From Bacteroidales bacterium (lineage in GTDB: Bacteria; Bacteroidota; Bacteroidia; Bacteroidales; UBA1556): a DNA stretch of 43,816 nt. The position numbers and the translations under genes were made by a program. Shown here piece after piece: positions 36,770 to 43,816 of the stretch. The notes beneath the pieces were generated by a model. That model made no database searches and had not been told where the DNA came from. It was given only the letters and a program-made list of their open reading frames with translations. The DNA lies in assembly GCA_023145955.1 (NCBI GenBank), contig JAGLDA010000051.1:1-43816 (forward strand). The letters run 5' to 3'. Position 1 is the first letter of the stretch. Each line of letters starts with the position of its first letter.

Positions 36770-38542
36770 TTAGTTTATATCAATAAAGTAAGGAAGTCTT
36801 GCTTGAACACCGTCCATATTTTTAAGAGTCTGTAAATAATTATAATACTTAACATTATCACCCAGCTCATTCTTAACTAATTTCAGTTTTACATTTGAGC
36901 CAAACTGCTTAAACATTTCTTCTAGTGGATTCTTACGTTTAGGTAATTCCTTAATTTTATATTCTTCAATATTTGCCATTTCAGCAGCTATTTCTATAGC
37001 TCTATCAAGGTTTCCAATTTCGTCCACAAGGCCAATTTCAACAGCATTAGTTCCACTCCATACTCTACCCTGTCCTATTGCATCTACCTGCTCTACGGTC
37101 ATATTTCTACCTTCAGCTACATGCGAGATAAAAGTTCCATAAATACGTACAACTCCTTTTTGAATGGTCTTAATTTGATAAGGAGTTAGAGGAGTAAATA
37201 CACCCATTACAGAATTTGCATTTGTAGAAACCTGATCAGTAGTAATTCCTATCTTCTCATTCATAAGCTTTTTGAAATTAGGAATCATTCCAAATACACC
37301 AATAGACCCTGTAAGAGTATTAGGCTGAGCTACAATTTTGTCAGCCATACAAGCAATATAATATCCACCCGAAGCTGCATAATTTCCCATGGAAACAACT
37401 AGTGGTTTTGTGTTTTTTGCAAGTACTAATTCTCTCCACATAACCTCAGAAGCTAATGCGCTTCCTCCTGGGCTATTCACACGAAGTACTATTGCTTTAA
37501 TTGTAGTATCTTTTCTGGCTTTGCATACTGCCTTTGCAATTCTGTCTGAACCAATAATTTCGTCATTACCTTCGCCAGATTTTATTTCACCTACTGCATA
37601 TATCACTGCTATTTTTTCTTTAGCAAGTACATTCTTTTTACTCACTGTAGTTGAATAATCAGCTAGAGAAATAGTTTCCATATCTTTATATTCAACACCT
37701 ACTTTAGCAGCCAATATTTCTCTAACTTCATCAATATATTTCACACCATCAATTAGATTAAGCTCTAACGCACGATTAGGATCACTTGCCCATAGGCTAT
37801 CAATATAAATATTAAAATCAGTAGTAGAAACACCTCTACTCTCAGACATTTGTGCAACCATATTATTCCAGATAGAACCAAGAAATACATTCATTTGCTC
37901 ACGATTAGCAGGAGACATTTTATCATACATAAATGGTTCAACAGCACTCTTAAACTTATTATTTGGGCCACGGATTATTTGCATTTCTACACCAAACTTA
38001 TCAAGGGCATTCTTAAAGAACATTAGCTGAGCTCCTATACCAGCAATTTCTACAGACCCTGCTGGGTTTACAAATATACTATCCGATACAGAGGCAATAT
38101 AATACGCCTTCTGACTATAACCTTCGGCATAAGAATATATAAATTTGCCACTAGTTTTAAAATCCAATAGAGCATTTCGTACAGACTCAAGAGTAGCCAA
38201 ACCACCACCAGCAAAAGTATTAACATCCAAGTAAATACCTGATATATTATCGTCTTCTGCAGCGGCTTTAATACTTCTAAGAATAGTGTTTAATCCTTTA
38301 ATACTGTTATCCTTATCACCTGTGAAATTAAAATCGGCCATTGGATCTAAAGGCTCTCTATCTACTATTGCTTCTTTAAACTGTATTTTAAGGATAGTAT
38401 TTTCCTTAACAACTACAGACGAGTCATCGCCAGAAGATGCAACTATGCCGCCAATAATGCCAGCAAAAATCAAAAATGCTAAAAAGAAAGTAATTATACC
38501 GCCCAAAATAGTGGCTAAAGTATATTTGAAAAAGTTTTTCAT
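36770..38542 (-). CDS. sppA: Signal peptide peptidase SppA, 67K type (tandem S49 peptidase domains)
   Basis: N-terminal TM anchor. Two S49 repeats with GGYYIA-like motifs (AYYIASVSD and ASGGYYIACMAD) and a GSIGV serine region. I place the start at MKNFFKY (38542), but the ORF is open to 38590. Confidence 0.85.
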   Translation of the reverse strand: MKNFFKYTLATILGGIITFFLAFLIFAGIIGGIVASSGDDSSVVVKENTILKIQFKEAIVDREPLDPMADFNFTGDKDNSIKGLNTILRSIKAAAEDDNISGIYLDVNTFAGGGLATLESVRNALLDFKTSGKFIYSYAEGYSQKAYYIASVSDSIFVNPAGSVEIAGIGAQLMFFKNALDKFGVEMQIIRGPNNKFKSAVEPFMYDKMSPANREQMNVFLGSIWNNMVAQMSESRGVSTTDFNIYIDSLWASDPNRALELNLIDGVKYIDEVREILAAKVGVEYKDMETISLADYSTTVSKKNVLAKEKIAVIYAVGEIKSGEGNDEIIGSDRIAKAVCKARKDTTIKAIVLRVNSPGGSALASEVMWRELVLAKNTKPLVVSMGNYAASGGYYIACMADKIVAQPNTLTGSIGVFGMIPNFKKLMNEKIGITTDQVSTNANSVMGVFTPLTPYQIKTIQKGVVRIYGTFISHVAEGRNMTVEQVDAIGQGRVWSGTNAVEIGLVDEIGNLDRAIEIAAEMANIEEYKIKELPKRKNPLEEMFKQFGSNVKLKLVKNELGDNVKYYNYLQTLKNMDGVQARLPYFIDIN

Positions 38543-38732
38543 AAATTTTATTTTAAATGCGAGTATATCAAACGACCTTTTCAATATCACGCTAATGTTA
38601 TATTTTTATTATTTTATGGCCAGTTTTATTATTTATTATTCAATATATTAGTTGACGTTTTATTATAATGTAAAGTTACACTTAATATTTTAATTAAATC
38701 TAACACCTTATAAATTGCTTTAGATTCACGAA

Positions 38733-39647
38733 TTATAGCTCTATAACTAATCCTTCGGTAACAATATTGGTATTTTCGAAAATCTCTTTAGCTTCCTCCT
38801 CAAAAAGTTTTAGTTTTTTATATCTAGCAGAAAAATGCCCAATAATAAGCTTTCCAACATTAGCATCTTTTGCAATATTCGCTGCATCAGTGGCTGTAGA
38901 ATGCATTTTTGAAATAGCATCTTTATTATTTTTTATAAGAAAGGTTGCTTCATGATATAACAAATCCACATTCTTAATATAGTCAACTATCTGTGGAAAA
39001 TATGCCGTATCAGTGCAATAAGCAAAAGATTTTGGTGAATCAGCTTCCTTCGTTATATCTTTATTTGCAAAAACAACCCCTTCATTATTGATAAAATCTT
39101 CACCTTTCTTAATTTTACTAAACCATTCGTTAGGTATTTCATTTTCTTTTATGAAATCTTTATTAATTCTTGGATTTGCTTTTTTTTGTTCATACAGATA
39201 ACCATAAGTTTCCATACCATGGAGCAAAGGAAAAGCATATATGCTATACTTCTTATTTTCGCATATTACTACTTTGCTATCTGTTTTAATAATATGGAAT
39301 TTTATTTCAAATTTGGGCTCTGAATTTATTATTTTATTTATGGAATTGATAAACTCCTCAATACCTTCAGGACCATAAATGCTAATAGGTTTATTTCTAT
39401 CAAGTAAATGCATAGTGGATAGCAAACCTGGCAAACCTAATAGGTGGTCGCCATGCAAATGAGTAATAAAAATCTTGGATATCTTATGTATTCTCTTTTT
39501 AAAACTAAAAAGCTGAAATTGAGTACCTTCACCACAATCAAAAAGTATAGAATCTTGCTCTGTTTCTAGTAGATAAGAGCTTAGTTTCCTATTTCTGATT
39601 GGAATTGCACCACTTGTTCCTAATACTGTAATAATATCTTTAAACAT
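38733..39647 (-). CDS. rnz: Ribonuclease Z (metallo-beta-lactamase fold tRNA 3' endonuclease)
   Basis: ITHLHGDHLLGLPGLL histidine motif, N-terminal LGTSGAIP and LFDCGEGTQ, C-terminal IGHFSARY. Confidence 0.85.
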   Translation of the reverse strand: MFKDIITVLGTSGAIPIRNRKLSSYLLETEQDSILFDCGEGTQFQLFSFKKRIHKISKIFITHLHGDHLLGLPGLLSTMHLLDRNKPISIYGPEGIEEFINSINKIINSEPKFEIKFHIIKTDSKVVICENKKYSIYAFPLLHGMETYGYLYEQKKANPRINKDFIKENEIPNEWFSKIKKGEDFINNEGVVFANKDITKEADSPKSFAYCTDTAYFPQIVDYIKNVDLLYHEATFLIKNNKDAISKMHSTATDAANIAKDANVGKLIIGHFSARYKKLKLFEEEAKEIFENTNIVTEGLVIEL

Positions 39648-40379
39648 TTATCTTATTACCATTCGTTTTCTTAATGCCTTGTTTCCGTTTACCAGTTCGT
39701 AAATATAAACTCCACTATTAAGATTAGATTTATTAAATGTTATAGTATTTACACCTCTACTATAATAATATTCATTACTATAAACAATATTTCCAAGAAT
39801 ATCATATACAACAAATTGCACATTATTAGCTTTGGGCATAAAGAAATTAATATTTGTGGAAGAGTTGAAAGGGTTGGGCTGATTTTGCGTCAATTTAAAA
39901 TCAGTAAGCTTAACCATTTTAATTCCTACATGACTAGTGTCTAATACCTCAAAATCATAATACATTATGTAAGGCATAGACGTTCCCAAAGCGTTTACTT
40001 CCACATTTATTTCTATATAATATATCCCTGCATCGCCAAGAGCAGGTGTTCCCTCAAAAATTATACATCCAAAAGTATCACCAGGCCAATAGTTATTATC
40101 CATATTTGTAAGCCAAGTAATATTTAATGGTAAGCCAACAATAGTAGTTATTCCAATACTATCTATGGGAATTACTGCACCATTATATATAGTATCTGCT
40201 GGAATACGCATATGTATTATCTGAGAATAAGGCTGAGTTTCAGCAGCAGGAGCAATTCCTTGAACTGTATCAGGATTAGTGAGTTCACCACCACCAAAAG
40301 GGATTGGAGTACATTGGGCAAAAGTATTTGAAAGACCTAATACTGATATAAACAGTATAAGAAAGATATTTTTTTTCAT
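39648..40379 (-). CDS. Secreted protein with a T9SS type A C-terminal sorting domain
   Basis: Signal peptide MKKNIFLILFISVLGLSNTFAQ. The C-terminal stretch LTQNQPNPFNSSTNINFFMP...VVYDILGNIVYS...GVNTITFNKSNLNSGVYIYELV matches the Por/T9SS CTD pattern. The stop codon abuts the rnz start with no spacer. Confidence 0.8.
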   Translation of the reverse strand: MKKNIFLILFISVLGLSNTFAQCTPIPFGGGELTNPDTVQGIAPAAETQPYSQIIHMRIPADTIYNGAVIPIDSIGITTIVGLPLNITWLTNMDNNYWPGDTFGCIIFEGTPALGDAGIYYIEINVEVNALGTSMPYIMYYDFEVLDTSHVGIKMVKLTDFKLTQNQPNPFNSSTNINFFMPKANNVQFVVYDILGNIVYSNEYYYSRGVNTITFNKSNLNSGVYIYELVNGNKALRKRMVIR

Positions 40380-40602
40380 GAGTATAGTTTTATATTACTA
40401 GTCTAATATGGCTTTATGTTTCTTTTCAAAGCAAAAGTAAGGAAAAACATTTTGTAATCCTATTGTCATAATATAATATTTTTGCATTATTATAGTTACA
40501 ATATATAATATGAAATGAGCATTATAAAAATAATTATTAACTCAAAAAGAAATAATTAATTATCATAATGCGACTGCATATGGCCGATAAAAATATAAAA
40601 AT

Positions 40603-42057
40603 ATGAGAATAATAAAAAGAATTATTGCATTTGGATTTATAATAGGCCTTTTAAACATAGCTTTTTTGTCGCAATCATGTAATAAAGATGATGGTTTTGC
40701 CGAAGGAAATATTAGCTTAGGATTCTCAACTGACACTATTCTTTTCGATACACTATTTACAACCATAGGTTCATCTACTTATACTTTATTAGTAAGAAAT
40801 AAAGAGGATAAACCCGTAAATATTTCTCAGCTTTTTATTGCAGGAGGAGCTAACTCTCCATATAGAATGAATGTGGATGGCATTTCTGGGTATTTGCATA
40901 CCAATGTAGAAATTGCGGCAAATGACAGTATGTATATTTTTGTGGAAGTTACTATAGACCCAAACTCTGGCGTTGGCCCCATGTTAGTAACTGATAGTAT
41001 TATCTTCGAAACCAATGGAAACATCCAAGATGTGGATTTGATTGCTTTTGGCGTTGATGCATATTTTATTGTTCCTAATTTGCACATTAGCGGTCTACCT
41101 CCTATTAATATTGTTGCTCGCGAAGGCGTTGATACCACTTGGACAAACGATAAACCAATAGTTATTTACGGATACGCTGTTGTGGATTCCACAGCTTCAT
41201 TAACAATAGAGTCTGGAACTGAGATATATTTTCATTCTGGTGGTGGACTATGGGTTTATAAAGGAGGAAACATTAAAATTAATGGAACACTAAATGAGCC
41301 AGTAACCTTTCAAGGCGATAGACCTGAGGATTATTATAAAAACCTCCCTGGCCAATGGGATAGAATATGGATAAATGAAGGAAGTGCTGATAATGTTATA
41401 AACTATGCTATTATAAGAAATGGTTTTATAGGATTGCAAACCGAACTATTGTCTAGTGATATGGGCAATAAGAATATTATTAGCAATACCATTATAGAAA
41501 ATATGTCGGGAGTAGGAATACTAAACCGCGCGCATAGTATTGATGGCGAAAATATTTTAATTAACAACTGCAAGCAATATTGTCTTGCAATTACTATGGG
41601 TGGCGAACATGAATTTAGACATTGTACTTTTGCAAACTACTGGAGTTATGATACTCGCAAAACACCAACTGTTTATATAAACAACTATTATAAAGACCAT
41701 TTAGATCAAATTCACCCTTTCGACTTGGAAGCTAATTTCTATAACTCCATAGTTTATGGAAATAATGAAGAAGAGATTCTTGTTGATAATAATACTAGCG
41801 GTGGAAATTTCGATTTTGTTTTTGACCATGGGCTTATAAAAAGCCAGCAAGATATATCTGATGCCACACTGTGGATTTCAGTTATTAAAAACGATTCTCC
41901 AGACTTTGAAAATACATCAAATACCGGTGACTATCATATAGGCGAAAACTCCGCAGCAATAGATGCTGGCAAGGCTGGCATAGCTCCTACTCTTGATTTA
42001 GATGGCGTAAGTCGTGATGCCGCAACTCCAGATTTGGGAGTTTATGAGAATCTATAA
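40603..42057 (+). CDS. Lipoprotein with a predicted right-handed beta-helix domain
   Basis: Lipobox FLSQSC. Repetitive G/N-rich turns (IYFHSGGGLWVYKGGNIKINGT, IIRNGFIGLQ, IIENMSGVGIL). C-terminal LDLDGVSRDAATPDLGVYE motif common at the end of parallel beta-helix proteins. Confidence 0.55.
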   Translation: MRIIKRIIAFGFIIGLLNIAFLSQSCNKDDGFAEGNISLGFSTDTILFDTLFTTIGSSTYTLLVRNKEDKPVNISQLFIAGGANSPYRMNVDGISGYLHTNVEIAANDSMYIFVEVTIDPNSGVGPMLVTDSIIFETNGNIQDVDLIAFGVDAYFIVPNLHISGLPPINIVAREGVDTTWTNDKPIVIYGYAVVDSTASLTIESGTEIYFHSGGGLWVYKGGNIKINGTLNEPVTFQGDRPEDYYKNLPGQWDRIWINEGSADNVINYAIIRNGFIGLQTELLSSDMGNKNIISNTIIENMSGVGILNRAHSIDGENILINNCKQYCLAITMGGEHEFRHCTFANYWSYDTRKTPTVYINNYYKDHLDQIHPFDLEANFYNSIVYGNNEEEILVDNNTSGGNFDFVFDHGLIKSQQDISDATLWISVIKNDSPDFENTSNTGDYHIGENSAAIDAGKAGIAPTLDLDGVSRDAATPDLGVYENL

Positions 42058-42373
42058 TCCCTTTTTGACTAAGATAAAGGATGAGAAACTAGCCCCATTG
42101 TAATTAAAACCTTAAGATGAATATCAAAGAAATCTTGAGTTCCTATATTCAATTAAAAAATTAAAATTCGTGCTGTAATCCGGAAAATCTTTGTATTTTG
42201 CTAATATAGATTTTTTTAAACCCCATTTAGAGCTCTTACTCTATGATATCGGGATTTATTTCTTTGCAAGATACAATTTTAACTACTAGTATACAAGTAT
42301 TTATGTCACTTATGAAAGTGCCTACGTATAAGATCGATTGAATTATTTTATCATAATAAAGCTGCGTCGAACA

Positions 42374-42892
42374 CTAATCATTATTAAGCTTAAATGTAGG
42401 ACAAAGCTCTTTATATATTTGGAAATTAAGCTCATCAAAGCAAACGAAAGTAACACTTATATCAGAATTCACCTCATTCAAATACTTTGAAACAGTTTCT
42501 AGAGCTATATGTGCAGCTTCAATTTTAGGTACTCCATATACTCCTGTAGATATATTTGGAAATGCTATTGTTTTACAATTATTCTCATGTGCCAATACCA
42601 ACGAATTCCAATAAGCTGATTTCAATAGCTCTAACTCATTACTATTGCCATCTTTCCAAATAGGTCCCACGGCATGTATAACATATTTAGAAGGAAGATT
42701 AAAAGCCTTAGTAATCCTAGCTTCTCCAGTAGGACAGCCGCCTAGTGCTAGAGAAGCCTTAAGTAGCTCTGCTCCTGCAGCTTTATGTATAGCACCATCA
42801 ACACCACCACCTCCTTGCAAATTGCTATTAGCTGCATTTACAATAGCATCAACTTCTAATTCAGTAATATCACCTTTTATTGTGTTTTTCAT
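42374..42892 (-). CDS. Macro-domain protein (O-acetyl-ADP-ribose deacetylase, YmdB/MacroD-like)
   Basis: GDITELEVDAIVNAANSNLQGGGGVDGAIHKAAG and FPNISTGVYGVP motifs. Confidence 0.9.
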   Translation of the reverse strand: MKNTIKGDITELEVDAIVNAANSNLQGGGGVDGAIHKAAGAELLKASLALGGCPTGEARITKAFNLPSKYVIHAVGPIWKDGNSNELELLKSAYWNSLVLAHENNCKTIAFPNISTGVYGVPKIEAAHIALETVSKYLNEVNSDISVTFVCFDELNFQIYKELCPTFKLNND

Positions 42893-43115
42893 TTGCCTTT
42901 ATAATTATGCCAATTATGAATTATATTGTTTTAGGACGATTTTGTTGATACCCAGATTAGTGATAATAAAATAATTATACTTAATATTTGGATACCACAA
43001 AAATAAGATAATTAACAATATAATTACATTAAATAATGAAAATTGATACTGATATTATTAAATTTACAAAACTATTTTTAGGTAATTTTGCTATCCTTAA
43101 CTAATAAGAACAATA

Positions 43116-43816
43116 TTGGATAATAAAATATACATAGCACTACCATTACTCGACGAATTAGATAATATTGAGTTAATACTTAATTGTTTAAAAACACAGA
43201 CGTATTCTAATTATACATTAGTAGTATGTGTAAATCAACCTAATAGTTGGTGGCATGATGAAACTAAAATTGATATTTGCAGAAGGAATATACTAACTAT
43301 TGAAAAATTAGAACAATTATCAGAGGTAAATAATATTGAAAGTATAATTATTGACAAAAGTAGTAAGGGTAATGGATGGACAGAGAAAAAGGTTGGTGTT
43401 GGCTGGGCTCGCAAAACTATAATTGATAAGATTTCTTCTATTGCAAATAATGATGATATAATTATTAGCCTTGATGGGGATACTTTTTATAAGGAAACAT
43501 ATTTTGAAACTATAATAAAAAACTTTTCTGAGAATAAGAATATAGATGTGGTTTCTGTTCCGTATTACCACCCACTTAATGATGATAAAGATGCTAATAG
43601 AGCAATCCTTCATTACGAAATATATATGCGGTATTATTTCCTCAATCTGGTACGTATTGGGAGCCCCTACTCATTTTCAGCATTGGGATCTGCTATAGCT
43701 TTTAGACATACTGCCTTAAAAAAGATTGGTGGTTTCACTCCAAAAAAAAGTGGTGAAGATTTCTATTTCCTGCAAAAAATGGTGAAACATAAGCCAATAA
43801 GTAATTGGTTAAATGA
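43116..43816 (+). CDS. Family 2 glycosyltransferase, 3'-truncated by the window end
   Basis: This frame is open from the stop at 43098-43100 to the window end, and it is not in the ORF track because it has no stop. My translation gives IALPLLDELDNIELILNCLKTQTYSNYTLVVCVNQ..., IIISLDGDTFY (DxD) and KKIGGFTPKKSGEDFYFLQK, which are typical of GT2. The start was taken as the TTG at 43116 and is uncertain. Confidence 0.7.
   Translation, partial: MDNKIYIALPLLDELDNIELILNCLKTQTYSNYTLVVCVNQPNSWWHDETKIDICRRNILTIEKLEQLSEVNNIESIIIDKSSKGNGWTEKKVGVGWARKTIIDKISSIANNDDIIISLDGDTFYKETYFETIIKNFSENKNIDVVSVPYYHPLNDDKDANRAILHYEIYMRYYFLNLVRIGSPYSFSALGSAIAFRHTALKKIGGFTPKKSGEDFYFLQKMVKHKPISNWLN

Noticed and set aside
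38286-38651. 121-aa plus-strand ORF overlapping the sppA 5' end
   Set aside because: It is antisense to the sppA membrane anchor and first S49 domain. It has no motifs.
43320-43613. 97-aa minus-strand ORF listed in the track
   Set aside because: It is antisense to the open plus-strand frame, which translates into a convincing GT2 glycosyltransferase with a DxD motif. The minus-strand product is low-complexity and Ile/Asn-rich.
1-43816. Search for tRNA/rRNA genes, CRISPR arrays, IS elements, integrases, prophage or toxin-antitoxin/defence cassettes
   Set aside because: I found no GC-rich cloverleaf-like islands in the spacers, no regularly spaced direct repeats, and no transposase-, integrase- or phage-like ORFs. 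I cannot exclude small RNAs without covariance-model searches.

Overview
AT-rich chromosomal segment that looks like Bacteroidota. Evidence for this placement: a T9SS C-terminal sorting domain, gldF/gldG, TAnnTTTG-type promoter boxes, and DUF4293/DUF4340/DUF4442/DUF5011-like proteins. All calls were made by eye from the six-frame translations, with no database search.

I support 34 protein-coding genes, the last truncated by the window end. I see no rRNA, tRNA, CRISPR array, transposase or integrase.

Content from left to right:
1. A NuoE-like/NuoF-like pair plus a 1214-aa NuoG-GltD chimera, a candidate flavin-based electron-bifurcating or transhydrogenase module.
2. A tightly packed five-gene signalling operon: membrane histidine kinase, CheY-like receiver, receiver-first HisKA_2 kinase, LytTR regulator and SAM methyltransferase.
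3. DUF4293 and a YoaP-like GNAT, separated by a long imperfect palindrome of about 266 bp.
4. A nine-gene same-strand string: NatAB-like ABC transporter, two glycosyltransferases, a hotdog thioesterase, gldF, gldG and DUF4340.
5. A MarR-headed fadN-fadA-fadE beta-oxidation operon with DUF4442 and an acyl-CoA synthetase.
6. A 716-bp non-coding gap.
7. A small accessory-looking block: a DUF5011/Omp28-like lipoprotein, an outer-membrane beta-barrel and a degenerate GH57-like protein.
8. Housekeeping genes: mpl, sppA and rnz.
9. A T9SS cargo protein, a beta-helix lipoprotein, a macro-domain protein and a partial GT2.

Most of the window is ordinary core genome. The items I consider most worth follow-up are the NuoG-GltD chimera module, the Phc-like kinase/methyltransferase operon, the pseudo-GH57 plus beta-barrel pair, and the long palindrome at 12049-12314.
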